Origin: Octopus vulgaris
Lineage: Eukaryota
DNA: 64,000 nt
Direction: 5' to 3'
Assembly: GCA_951406725.2 (NCBI GenBank)
Contig: OX597830.1
Location: 74,896,001-74,960,000, forward strand
The position numbers and the translations under genes are program-made. Below, piece after piece: positions 12,995 to 26,590 of the stretch; the first letter of the stretch is position 1; every line of letters begins with the position of its first letter. Below the pieces are notes generated by a model. It did no database searches. It saw only the letters and a program-made list of their open reading frames with translations, and was not told the DNA's origin.

Positions 12995-15012
12995 ATATAT
13001 ATATATACATAATATACATACATGTATATAAATATACACACACATACATATATCAAGTATTACGATTTGTCACCCTTTCCTTATGCTCTTCTGTCATAAA
13101 GTGATACATGGTTAGGACATGGATGAAAAGGAACAAAAAATAAGTATGGGATGGTTATGACGATTGTTACTGATCACAGATTTTATACAAGAATCATGAT
13201 GCTATTCAAGGATATGCAATATGATGATGATGATGATGATGATATAATGATATGATAATATGATAAAAATACGGATCACAGTTATTATCATCATACCTAC
13301 CCTCATCATCCTTAGAATGAATTTAAGAATTTCACTGCTGCTCTGATTATTACCATTATTATTTGGTACTGAAAGTGAGAAGAGAGTTTAGTGTTAATAA
13401 TGCTGATAAATATGATGATAATTGCACGCCGCTGAGATGCACAATATTATTCAAGATGTTGTTGGTAAGGATGGTAATGAGGATCATGATTAAGAACCAA
13501 ATTGTGATGATGATGATGATGATGAGGATAAGCAGGAGGAGGAGGAATAGAAGGGACGGATGGGGTGGAGGCATTGTTGATTATTTTGTCATTATTGAAG
13601 CGATTAAGGAAAAAATAGTGCACAGAGAAAGGTAGAACACATTTCTTTTTTACCATGTTATATTTTTTTACCTTACTCTACAGACATACACGCATACACT
13701 TATATATACACACACATAAATACACACACGCACATATATAGATATATATTTACATATACATATATTTACGTTTGCTTTTTTGCTTCATCAAAATAATGAA
13801 CAAGAAAAGATCGATACGCCTATCGATACGTGTATCTTTGGCCGTAGTTCCACCTGCTGATTGATTGATTGGATCCATAACGTCGAATAGTGAAATATAA
13901 AAGAATACACACATACACACACACACATATGTGTGTGTGTGTGTATTTATGTATATGTATATATATATGTCTATGTGTATATATATATGTATATATGTAT
14001 GTATGTATATATATATATATATAGATAGATAGATAGATAGAAAGATAGATAGATAGATAGATATTTATATATATACATATATACACACACTCAGACATAC
14101 ACATATGTTGTATATTTACGCATACGCGCATACATAAAAGCATAGACTTATGCGTGCGTTAAGGTGTGTACAATCATACACACACACACTACTTCGTTGA
14201 TTTTTATAATCTGCTTGATCAAGCCGTTCGATTTTCCCCACACTTTCCTCACCTTCACTGTCTCCCTTTCATCACCCCCACCACCAGCTCTGCCACCGCC
14301 AACGTCGCTCCCCAAATCACCACCAGCTCCACTGCGACGACCAACACTACCATCACCACCACCACTACCACCACCGCCGCCGCCACCATTTCATTTTTTT
14401 TTATATATATATATTTTATTTATACACTATTTGTTTTCTTTTATCTGTTACTTTTTCTTTGTTGAATTTTGTTTGTCTTCTCCTCACGCTTGTGAATCCT
14501 TTGTTCACGTTACATTTGTAAATTCAACCAGCCGATAGCTTATATCAGTATATAATTAATAAATGGTACATCTACGTCGAGAACCGGGTCAATAGTACTT
14601 CTATAAAAACAACACAAAAAACAACAAAAAAAAAGGAACAATAAAATATCAACAAAGAAAAACGAAATGCGTCATTGGTCATTATCGATTATTTTTAAGT
14701 ACAAGCCGCCATTTTGTTTTCTCTTAGTTTCGTTTTCTTTTTTTCCCCATATCGGCGTTCATAGACTTGTTATTGCTCCTCTTGTTGATTCTGATGTTGT
14801 TGCTGGTTTTTTTTTTTCAATTTTTTTTTTGTTAATCCTTGATTGTTATTATTGGTTTTTGTTGTTATTGAAGCCCTTCTGTCTTACTCCATTGGATTTG
14901 ACCGGGGCCCTTTCATGTCATCACTCCTCTGCACGCCAACAAACGAAAGAAATAGTAGGTAGATATATTGTCAACACGGCACGATAAAAAAATCACTCGG
15001 CATTTAAACACT

Positions 15013-15475
15013 GTACTTACTTGTACTTGTGGCGACATTCACCCTGCCCGGGTTGGGTCGGTTTCTTCTACCACCCTCGAGGCATCTCGAACCATGGCAG
15101 TGGAAGAAGTTTCGTGGGAATATGTGGATTTCACAAGCGGTCCCCAACAATCCCGCATGTAGAGACATCCTGTTTGCCGCAGATTGTCCGAAGACGCAGG
15201 GACAGAACGACCGAGGAGCCGCCGGTTGCCGAAACAGACTCTCCGAGGATTTTCACTAGAGCCCGTCTGCCGGGTTGTGGCCCTAATACCACTCGGTGTC
15301 AGACCAATCCGCCTTGGGTGGCCCTACCAGGAACCGAAGTTACCGACGGCATAGGTCTGACACTACCCGTTGTCAGCGTCACTACCACGGTGAGGAGGGG
15401 ATGGGTTTTGGGGACGCACTGTCACCGCTTCCTAATGTCTAGGGCTGTAGTTTCTTCGGTGGTCAAAGCACCTTG
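15013..15475 (-). mobile_element. Non-autonomous bipartite RTE-like element (5' UTR joined to 3' end, ORF largely deleted)
   Basis: GC-rich island. Minus strand has an RTE-type 5' UTR motif (cctggtagggccacccaaggc) and ends RDASRVVEETDPTRAG* followed by atgtcgccacaagtacaagtaagta, resembling RTE 3' termini as I recall them. Confidence 0.65.
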
Positions 15476-15618
15476 CTTATGTATTATCTATTGTTACGTA
15501 TTGGTGCTATTCATGCTGTTTCTTCTCATACCTGAAACTGAGATTCTGTTCAACAAAGATGTCGAGTGATGTTGGTACACACTTACATATACAAGAAAAT
15601 GTTATATGTACAAATACA

Positions 15619-15830
15619 CTAGATGCGTTCAAAAAGTGTACGACGTTATTTTTCTCGCCAAAACCGATGCTGCTGCGTAGGCAAAATCCTTTGGGTGAGA
15701 GGCTACACCACTTTTCATGCGTGTTCGCGAAAATTTCCGTGCCGGTAGACCTCATTGGTTCGCGGCTATTACGCCTAAATTACAAACGTTTAGCGAGCCG
15801 TCTGCCGGATTTCGTCTTTATGCAAGTTAA
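15619..15830 (+). mobile_element. Possible decayed mariner left end
   Basis: 'ctagatgcgttcaaaaagtgtacgacg...ttttctcgccaaaacc' resembles mariner TIR/subterminal sequence. No right TIR or transposase seen. Confidence 0.3.
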
Positions 15831-15869
15831 ATGGACAGACAGACAGACACTTGCCTTACGAAATAATTC

Positions 15870-15870
<1 letters not shown>

Positions 15871-15947
<77 letters not shown>

Positions 15948-15948
15948 C

Positions 15949-16040
<92 letters not shown>
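15871..16040. repeat. Long (AGAT)n microsatellite
   Basis: About 170 bp, near-perfect. Confidence 0.98.
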
Positions 16041-16041
<1 letters not shown>

Positions 16042-16042
16042 T

Positions 16043-16230
16043 AGGGAGAGTTTGCGAAAATAAATACGAAGACAGGTGGTGTACAAAACAAACAGATGTA
16101 TTAGTATAACGCTCAGGAATAGAAAAAGTCTCTTACGTTTCGAGCCTACGCTCTTTTACAGAAAGGGACACAGAAAAAACAAGGAGAGAATAAAATGTGT
16201 GTAGTGGCTCACGATCTATCATGGCGACAG
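16043..16230 (-). mobile_element. Penelope-like terminal-repeat element inside (AGAT)n
   Basis: About 190 bp of non-microsatellite sequence flanked by (AGAT)n on both sides. Contains the minimal hammerhead-like motif and ends ...ccctata on the minus strand. Confidence 0.6.
16130..16165 (-). ncRNA. Degenerate minimal type I hammerhead ribozyme motif
   Basis: Minus strand: cuuu-CUGUAAAA-GAGC-guag-GCUC-GAAA-CG-UA-agag. Stems I and II and the palindromic ACGU stem III fit, but the core deviates from CUGANGA. Confidence 0.5.
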
Positions 16231-16605
16231 GATAGATAGATAGATAAGTAGAAAGAAGTTGATACTTATATACGACCTTGTGTTCAAGATGCTTCTGATT
16301 GCGCAGTCCTAATTTCCCAAGAACTGAAATAGTTGAAATAGTAGCTAACCTGAGCTGTATTAGGAAATTATATGAATGTAAACTCATTTCTTTTATACTT
16401 TTGGAGTGTGGATTAATGTATGGGACAAATCATATTGGATCGTTTTGCCGTTTGTTCAACAGCCCATCGGAGGACACGTAAGCGATCATCTTGTCCAGTG
16501 GTACAGAATATTCAATAAATATATATAACATGAATTAATTACTGCAATGAACAAACTTAATTTGCATACATCTGCCGCTGTCTCACGACATCTGTATTTA
16601 TTTAT

Positions 16606-16677
<72 letters not shown>

Positions 16678-17749
16678 ATATATATATATATATATATATA
16701 TCTATGTGTCTGTCTATCTGTCTATCTATCTATCTGTCTTCGTCTCTCCCTTTTCAGTACATTTCAAATATATATATATATATATACAGACACACACGCA
16801 CACATACACACTATCTCTCACACACGCACACATGCATGCATACATACATGTATAAACACAGACACATGTTTATGTGTACCTACGAACATACACACAGAAA
16901 GAGACACACAGAGAGAGGCACAAGTAATCATGTATGTACTTCTCTTAGCATAAAGAAAAGTATTATGTATACTTGTGTGAGTGTGTTTGTGTGTGTATGA
17001 GAGAGAGATAATATGTGTGTACGTGTGTGTGTTTGTGTGTGTGTATATACGCGTGTGTATGTGTGTACGCGTAATAATATATTCCATAAGTGTTACATGT
17101 GGTTATGTCTAATGAAAGCAAACCTTTATCATCGTGACATGTACTCGCTCACTTCTCGCTAGATCCAATAAGCATTATCGTGGAATGTAGTATCTTATTT
17201 ATATCATGTGCAAATCGACATATTCACGTCAACTCTATGAAATATTCGATATCATTGCTTACATCACCGAAATCAATATATCATAAATGCATTTTCAACC
17301 AGATATATCTTTTCTGCACCATTTATATTGCTATATATCCTGTCTTGCCATATCAAGCGAAGTATTTCATAACTATTGAAGCAAGTATGTTATATCCTGT
17401 CTGTTGTATCTTAAGCAGGAATATTATTTCTTCAACTGTTTATGTGTATAGGATAGCTAGTCTTTCAGTTTCACTTTCGCTTTCACAATAACACTCAGAC
17501 ACACACAAACACAGGCATAAACGTTAACTCAGAACAGACGAATGTAAATGTATAAACACATAGAGGAGTATCAGTGTTTCTATTTATCGTTTTCTCTCTC
17601 TATCTCTCTCTGTCTCTCTCTCTCTCTCTGTTTACCTCCATGTACGTCTATCACTCACTAGCCGTATCTTTGTCTGTATGCCTGTCTGTGTATCTGCCTG
17701 TCTGCTTATCTCTATCTCTCTCTATCTATGTAGTTATCTATCTATCTCT

Positions 17750-18000
<251 letters not shown>

Positions 18001-18373
18001 ATAGTGATAAACAACTGTACTGTAGATTCATCTACATAGACTTAGCAGTGGCATGGGTTCTCTTCGGTTTCAAAGATGAGCAAACGAACTTTTCGATCAA
18101 TCGATCTACATGCTCATTAGTTAAGGATTTACGTGACTCTATATTCGTAACATTAGTATATATTTCATAATATCCTCATGTCCTATTTGCCCGACAATGT
18201 TGTCCATTGGGCATACCTAGTCTCGGGCTATATAAGGTCACCCAGGAGTATTGTGTGAGGATCCAACTAAGGTTGTTGTAAGTGATAACTTCCAGACCAA
18301 ACAGAGTAAACCATGATTGCAACGGAAATCTTAAATCCACTTAGCCATGCCAGGAACTTTATACATATAAACA

Positions 18374-18444
<71 letters not shown>

Positions 18445-19285
18445 AAGGACACACAGACACGGATGCAAGCAGACACACAGAGACAAACATATGCCCTTAC
18501 ATAGTATATATATATACACACAGACTCATGACTCATATATCCACACATATATCCATACAATAGCTTCTCTCTCTCTCTCTGTGCGCGTGTGTGTATATAT
18601 TCATGTATGTATATATATATATATATATATATATGCATAAATATATAATACATATATACGTTTGTATGTATGTCTATATACATATATATATATATATCTA
18701 TATATGTTTATATGTATATATATATATGTGTGTGTGTGTATATATATATATCTATATATATATATATACATATATACATATACATGCACATATACACGCA
18801 CATATACACACACAGAGATAAATATGTTTGTATATATGGACGTGTGAAGATAAATTTTTACGTTTAATATAAAACGGTAGACATTTTGTGTGTATGTCTG
18901 TGTGTGAGTATACGCATGTCTGCTACATGTATCTGTGTATGTGTTTGAGTGTATGTGTGTGTGGATATGTTTGTGCTAGTTGTGCATATGTGTGTGAGTG
19001 TGTGTATGTCTGCGAGTGTTTGGTCTGCTCGCGTATATTCAGATTTTTCCTATTTATCAGCAGAAATATGCTGATGTTAATCAGAGGGATTGGAAATCTA
19101 TAGGGTAGGTAGATTAAAAAGCGGTCTTATTTGACCATTTCACCTTTTCACTAGGGCAGAAGACGGCAGCTATCGATCAACTTTCCACTTCACACTTCGT
19201 CTATCTCGGCGTTAGACCGTACTTATTATATCTCGTTCACTTTCTTCATTCTTCCATTCATTCTCCCACTCCCCATTCACTCTCT

Positions 19286-19332
<47 letters not shown>

Positions 19333-19432
19333 TATGTAGAGACATACATACATATATACATACCTATATATACATACATATATATATACATATATATGTA
19401 TACATACATATGTATACGTATATATATGTGTA

Positions 19433-19492
<60 letters not shown>

Positions 19493-20220
19493 TATATATG
19501 CCTATATATACATATATATAGATACATATATGTGTGCGAATAGTAAGAAAGGGGTCTATGCGTATACACATAAACATATATATGTATGTATGTGTGGGTG
19601 TGTGTGCAGATATATATTTATATATATATATATATAATATAATATATATCAATACCTGTAATCGTGTCTAGGTGTGTTTATTCGTATATGTATATGCAAG
19701 TGTAACTGTATGTGCTTGAGTGTATATGCGTGCATATATGTGTGTGTATATAAAGTATATATTCATACAATATTACTTTACTTACACGTACGTATATGTG
19801 TATCGTTATATGTGGATATTGCAGTACGTTTGTGTGCATACATATCTGTGTATATATTACAGACTTCAAATACAGAATTTCCTCTACCCTTATGGCAACT
19901 ATCAGCATTCAACTCACCGTCTTTATTAAAATATCTAATATGTATCATTCTTTCACCCCGTTGTCCTACCCATTCACATTAACCCGGCCTCGTCTTTTTC
20001 ACAAAGCCAAAGAAGTCCTTTTTTTCCTTCTCCGTCTCTATCTGTCTGTCTGTCTGTCTGTCTGTCTCGCTTTTCTCTTTTTTCTTTCTTCTTTCTTTCT
20101 TTCTTTCTTACTTTCTCTCTCCCTTTACGCGATTTTCCCAAGCGTTCTCCGTTTCAACGAATATATTTCGTCCAAACCACTGATTCATCTACCTTGCCGT
20201 TTCTTTCGAGATGAAACACG

Positions 20221-20628
20221 GATGCTTGCTTTGCATCCACATGGTTTCCAATTCAGCCTAACTACACGGAACTTCTACTGTATGGCCGTGGGATGATCGA
20301 ACCCTTGTGAACGAATTTGGTAAACTGAAACTGTGAGCAAGTGCCTCGTGAATTTAGATATGTTTGTGTGTGTGTGTGTGCTTATATTTATGCGTGTGTA
20401 TAGGTATTCGCGTGTCTGTTTATTTCTGTGTTAGTGCGTGTGTTTGTCTCTCCATCACCATTAGGCAACTGCTGCTGGTTTGTTTGCTTCTTCCTGAAAT
20501 AGCGGTTCAGCAAAAGTCAGTGATCGAAAAAGTACGAGAATTATAAGATGTATAATTTCTGGGTCCGATTTGTTCGCGTAAACTATTCAAGAAGGTGCCC
20601 CAGCATGGCCGCAAGTAAAAGATAAAAG
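20221..20628 (+). mobile_element. Old SINE family A copy
   Basis: cttgtgaacgaatttggtaaactgaaactg ... tagcggttcagcaaaag ... aaggtgccccagcatggccgc. Confidence 0.8.
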
Positions 20629-21239
20629 CCTTAACTATAAGTAACGCAAATGAACCGCCAAAACACATTCGTAATACGAAGAACACACACACACAAACAC
20701 ACACTTATTCCAATAGCCAAGCTCATACATTTATGTAAATTCCTCAATAATTATTCCTCATATGGCGGATAAAATATCCAGTACTGTTGATACCGGAGTT
20801 GCTATTTATGAGGTAGACTGCATAGACATACATACTTAGGTATATATATATATGGTATATACATCATTTCATGTAACACACACACATGCACCAGGAATAG
20901 TGTGCACCGAAAGCAAATGAATGGTGTGTATGGATGATATTAAAAGCATTTGAGTGGGAATGATAATTTGAATTTAACACTAACAAAATGTATACTTCAT
21001 CAGTATTAGGAACGTTTCTGCTTTATAGGTCTGTTTTTAAGACGTTGTATTTGCTACAACGAATATGTTGCACTGTTGGGATCAAAATGAGTTAAGATTA
21101 CTCTTACTACATTATTGAATGGCAACGTAAATATTCCTCCGCACGACCAAGTGGATAATAAGGCTGGATCGGTGTATGAAATCAGCTACAGTATCTGACA
21201 TATTGCTTAACTTTAACCCTAGATCTCTCGGAACAAATG

Positions 21240-21350
21240 CCGTAAATCCTCGTGTATAACACGCAGGGGATTTTTAGGGGGCCGTACCTCTGAAAAGCCT
21301 AATCTTTAAATTTTGGGAAAAAAATGCGGATTATACTCGAGGATTTACGG
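21240..21350. mobile_element. Tc1/mariner (Tc2/pogo-type) MITE, 111 bp
   Basis: 26-bp TIRs ccgtaaatcctcgtgtataacacgca (21240-21265) and tgcggattatactcgaggatttacgg (21325-21350), 23/26 complementary. Right flank TA, left flank TG. Confidence 0.8.
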
Positions 21351-21599
21351 TATTCAATCCATTGCTACATCTTCCGTGTTCGCAAATTTCCTACGCCAGA
21401 GAGTATCTTCTCTTCTGTAGAAGGCCACCAATCGACTTTGCAAATAATTATTGTTGTCATCTTTGGACTGGTGCCTCGTGCAAGATTCTTATCTTGCTTC
21501 ACTGAATCCAGAATTGAGTTGTTTATAGGAAGATGTTATTTGTTTTCTATTACGTTGGAATCTTTGGCTCATCTTCGAAATGTATATTTGTCGAACCTC

Positions 21600-21790
21600 T
21601 TCTATAAGTATTTCAATACTCAGTGCTCCCGTGGACATTCTGATATATTGCCCTCGATCAAGACATGTGAACATGTTACCCGTTGAGTTCCCTTTTATTC
21701 TAATAGCTTCTTTTCTCGAATTACAGTTGTCTGAATCTCCTTGCCATTGTCTTTTATCTTCTGTTCTTTAAGCTTTCTGTCCATCGAAAA
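21600..21790 (-). pseudogene. Possible decayed Penelope-like GIY-YIG endonuclease C-terminus
   Basis: Minus frame reads DSDNCNSRKEAIRIKGNSTGNMFTCLDRGQYI, reminiscent of the Penelope RKIKEAIEI...NRDxG pattern. Short and diverged. Confidence 0.35.
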
Positions 21791-22194
21791 CTTTTGAATT
21801 AGTCGGCACTTGCTTTAATTCTCTTTTGTTTCTTACGCCACACTATCTTCAAGCCTTCTTGGGAAACATCTTTAATAAAGAAAACAAAAGATTAAGGTCT
21901 ATAATTCAAAGTAGACCATATCAGCAATTAGTTCAGAATTTAAAGACACATGTCTAATACTGAATATTGTTCCACGTGCTGGTCTACTTAGTCTATTCTA
22001 TTCCGGAATACCTTCATAGCTTGCTTGCTTTCTCTGGTTATGTATTTATCCAGGTTTGTGCAGGTTCGGGACATTAGAAGCCTAACATGGTTATCATCGC
22101 TCCAAATGTCAGGTGTTCAGCTACAAATAGGCCAGTAGTTGAAGGTGGACACCTGAACTCAGGAGAGAGAAAGGAAACAATTGTCGTTTTACAT

Positions 22195-22315
22195 ATGAAG
22201 ATACGTGTCTTAGTGGTTAGGATGTTGCACTCAGGATTTCTAGATCGGAGGTCCGATTACGGGACCAGACGTGGTGTGTTCTTGAGCAAAACCTTCTTTT
22301 ATTTTGCCCTAGTTG
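22195..22315 (+). mobile_element. Degenerate tRNA-headed SINE (family D) 5' part
   Basis: cttagtggttaggatgttgcactcagga...gtgtgttcttgagcaaaac matches the head of 61630-61872. Confidence 0.6.
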
Positions 22316-23017
22316 GTGGGGGAGTATCAGAATCTTGGCTCTCTACATTCTGGGTTAAGATTCCATTTATGTGGAGAAGGCAACGGGATAACATTCAAGT
22401 ACTGCAATCAAGTCTGGTGCTGGAAAGCCGTAATTCCAGCAGTTTAACTAACAGCCGTAGAGAATGGTAAGTGACCTTTCGGGTCGTATGGGGTGTACAG
22501 GAGAGAGATCACATGAACAGGATCTTCTCAAGAGAAGACTACGATTAGTGAAGATCGTAACGCATATCCTACAGCTCTCTAATGAATGGATTCACCAATC
22601 AAATACTCTGACTTGGGAGTTAATATCTCAATCCAGAAATGAACTATGAAATGTTGGGTAGTGAAAGGCTTAGGTAGAGAGATTTTCAATTCATAAAAAC
22701 TCGAACAAACACGACGATGCATTTTGTGCAAATATTACAATCATCGACATCGTTGTCGTCGTAGTCGTAGGCATCATCATTGTTATAATCACCACCGTCG
22801 CAATCAGCATCTTCTCCCTGATCACCAGCAGCAGCTGCAGCAACGGCAGCAGCGGTAGCTACAGATAGCTCTGTTATTATTCATGATGTTGACGTTGTTA
22901 TCTTTTTCGAATGATACGTTTACGCGTTCAATTTACTTCATATGGACGTGCATAATGCACACACAGTAGCAATCACAAACATACACACACTTGTATACAA
23001 ATACATACGTATTATGT

Positions 23018-23058
<41 letters not shown>

Positions 23059-23529
23059 GATATATATATATTCATTTCTATATATATACATATGTATATA
23101 CATATACACATAGATACACACATATATATGCATATATATATATACATATATAAATATATATTCATGCATACACACACACATTTATATATATATATATATA
23201 TATATACTTATATACATGCATACATAAACATATATAGACACATACATACACACACATATATTGTATTGATATATATATATACACGTTATATTTATATAGT
23301 TGACTATTGTGCTAAGTATTATGGAGTGTAGAAAGGTTTGAAATAAATATAGATATAAAGAAAGAACATGAATAGAAGATAAATGCAACGTTGATGATAG
23401 ATTCACCTAAAGCGTCATTTGATGGTAAGGTTGTTGTTTTTTAAATGCAATAAAGATAAAATATGTTTTTGTTACTCTCTTAGTATATTTAATGAATTCC
23501 TTTGATGGAGTATTCAATGGCCTCTCCAT

Positions 23530-23560
<31 letters not shown>

Positions 23561-23565
23561 GATGC

Positions 23566-23599
<34 letters not shown>

Positions 23600-23887
23600 A
23601 TGTATATATATGTGTGTGTGTATGTGTGAATTTTTATACGTATAGGTAAACATAGACATAGAAGAAAGGCTTATATTCTCACAAGCACAAAGTTAACCCG
23701 TATACATATACACCCACCTTAAAGCAAACATGTATGTGTGATTATTTCTATGTATGTGTCGTCTGAATATGTGTATGCTTATACATATATCTGTATGTAT
23801 GCATACAAAAATACTATCAGTTTTAGGGTGTACAATATCGTTTTAACAAAATAATAAAATAGATTCATCTCCCTCTCTTTCTCTCTC

Positions 23888-23997
<110 letters not shown>

Positions 23998-24450
23998 TGT
24001 TATATAAAACACCACTGTCACCAACACACCAAAGTCTGTCACGTTGTTGTCACTTTCATCACAACCACCTTCTCCTTCACCAACAACATTAAGAACAAAA
24101 TCGTTAACATTATTACTGAAACGATAGCATTGTCATCTGGATCAGACCCGAAGCACTAGAAATGCGACACAAATCCACCATTGCAGCATTATGAATATCA
24201 CTGTCAGACATACTGCTGTGGGTAAAATTTAATTCCTGCTGGACGAATTTATAGTGATGTTTGTGAGTATATCACAGACATGTGTGCATATACCGTATGT
24301 TGTCAAGTTTAATATTTTGCAAATGCGTCGCTCGTCTTATATACGTACGTACATAGAATAACGGCTTCCATTTTGACCGTGGCCTCTTGCTGAAGCAATG
24401 AAAATTAATAGTAAAAAACATGCATGTGTTTGTGTGTGAGTGTGTATTTC

Positions 24451-24484
<34 letters not shown>

Positions 24485-25119
24485 TATGTGAGAGAGATTA
24501 TATATGCATATATATATATATACATATATAAATATATATTCATGCATACACACACACATTTATATATATATATATATATATATGCATATATATGTAAATG
24601 TATGCATAAGTACGCATATGTATGTATGTATATATATATATGTATATATGTATATACATATATATGTGTGTGTATGCTTGGTAATAGGAAAAATAGAGTA
24701 GAATTTAACCATCCAAATTGTACATATACAATTTATAAAGACAGATGTTAATTTAGAAGATTTAGTTGCTAGTTTGGGAAATTAGAATGGCCGCATTAAA
24801 TGTCCATAGAATAGAATCCACTTCACCCTTCTCCTTATAATACGAGAAGAACTACACTAAGCATTAAACTCTGCTCGTTTCTTCTTTAAAGCGTGAAATT
24901 CCTTACAATATACCCATATTTTTTCTGGAATATTTTTTCGAAATATTACAGTGCTGACACATATTTCACCTCCGGATTATACTGGATTGAACTTGTATTA
25001 TTATTCGCTGTTTTACTTCCCTTTTCCTATTGTTACGATTTTTATCGCGATATATTTGATCTTCCATGTTTTAGATATATTACTATGTTCTTTATTTTTA
25101 CTAGTTTTCATCATATCTG

Positions 25120-25290
25120 ATATGCATGCAAAAAATATTGAAGAATATGATGATTTAGCCAGTGAACTGTAGACATTCTTCGATATGGGATGCTTGAACG
25201 ATAGTCATCCATGTTGTCATTGATTCAATCTGAAAAACAGGAATTAAGAACATGATAGCAGACTTATAGAAGTATTAATATGTACTTCTT
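25120..25290 (+). pseudogene. Decayed R4/Dong-type (restriction-like endonuclease) non-LTR C-terminus
   Basis: KNIEEYDDLASEL* then, after a frameshift, IVIHVVIDSI; resembles the EKxxKYxDLxxEL...VIPIVIGALG motif. Confidence 0.4.
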
Positions 25291-25324
25291 TATGTTTCGT
25301 TTTTTTTTTTTGTTTTTTTTTTTT

Positions 25325-25690
25325 CGTCTGTTTCTGTCAATGGACTGCGTTCATATTGGGTCACTGCCTTGAAGGGTTTCGTAGAACAAATCGATATCAA
25401 TACTTATATTTCAAGACTGGTACCTGTTCTATCTGTGGCTTCTGCCACATCGATATTATGGGTGGTGGGAGAGCGTAAACAAAACAGCACCAATTGACAA
25501 GCGATGAGGTAACAAAGGAAACACACATACAAATATATATATATATACGAAGGGGTTCCACACAGTTTCCGTCTGCCGAACTTTAAAGTCTTTCGTCGGC
25601 TCAGGGTTACAGTTGCCGAAGATGTTGCACAATGATATTGAACCCGAAGCCATGTGGTTTCGAAGCGAACTTCTAAATCTCCTCATGGCG
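25325..25690 (-). mobile_element. Old SINE family A copy
   Basis: cactgccttgaagg...gtaaacaaaacagcacc...cacagtttccgtctgcc...gaacccgaagccatgtggtt. Confidence 0.8.
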
Positions 25691-26394
25691 GAATTATGAT
25701 AAATAAAACTATGTGTAAATACTGAAAACTGAGGTTGTCGTTATGGTGGGAATGTTGGCAAATACCTGGCAAGAAAGAGAGAGGGAGGAAAATGGAAAAT
25801 GTAGTTGTGAAACTGTTAGTTCACATGATAATATGAAAGAAACAAGATAAAGAAGAACGAAAGAAATACTTTTATCTCAATACATATAATCTTACAAGCA
25901 CACATGCGCACACGCACACATATACACATATTCTAATAACTAGTGTTTTGTTGTAGGCTGTTAGTTAATGGAATTGGTGATGTTAGTTCGTAGTAAGCAG
26001 ATGACAACAAAATATTTTCCCTCTATTTGATATAACGCATGCGCCTTAGTGCAAGTATTTAACCTCAAATTTTGCCGTTGCCGCCATCATTCTTAACATT
26101 ATTACCATAAAAAAAGACGCAGCAACGAGAAACAAAAAGTAGACATCAACCCAACCAACACTAGTCCTACCATCATTTACTATCTATATCTCTGTGGCTT
26201 TTTCTTTCCCTCTCCTTCTCTCTGGATTTCTCTCAAAATACTCTAAGCAAATATTTACTATAGCCTCAATCCAAACCAATATTCGTGAGTAAAGTTGGAT
26301 AAGCGATAACAAAGTAGAACTCACTAAATTAATTGTATTTTCCTAGATATCCAGCTAAATGTCATGAGTTATATTCTCTTTTCCACCCAGACCT

Positions 26395-26590
26395 TGTAAG
26401 TCAATTCGGTTTGATAAAAATTGCATGGAAGCCAGTTCGGTTGAATGTACCTGTAATTCAAAAAAACAGAACCTTGTCACACACTGCGTCACGCTGATTC
26501 TGCATTAGAATTTGGTTACGAGTACACGTGTCTGTAGAATACTCAGTCGCAAACAACTGATTCTTCATCGTCGAACGACGAAGGATCAAC
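26395..26590 (+). mobile_element. Old interspersed repeat (SINE-like body)
   Basis: gtacctgtaattca...ccttgtcacacactgcgtcacgctga...gtacacgtgtctgtagaatactcag is recalled as an Octopus repeat. A related reverse-strand piece may lie at about 18045-18140. Confidence 0.4.

Noticed and set aside
14164-14538. Proline- or threonine-rich ORFs
   Set aside because: Derived from a degenerate (CCA)n tract.
14700-14720. YY1-like motif gccgccattttg
   Set aside because: A single short motif with no other promoter evidence.
15021-15569. 182-aa plus-strand ORF in a GC-rich island
   Set aside because: Lies antisense to the RTE-derived element and has no recognisable domain.
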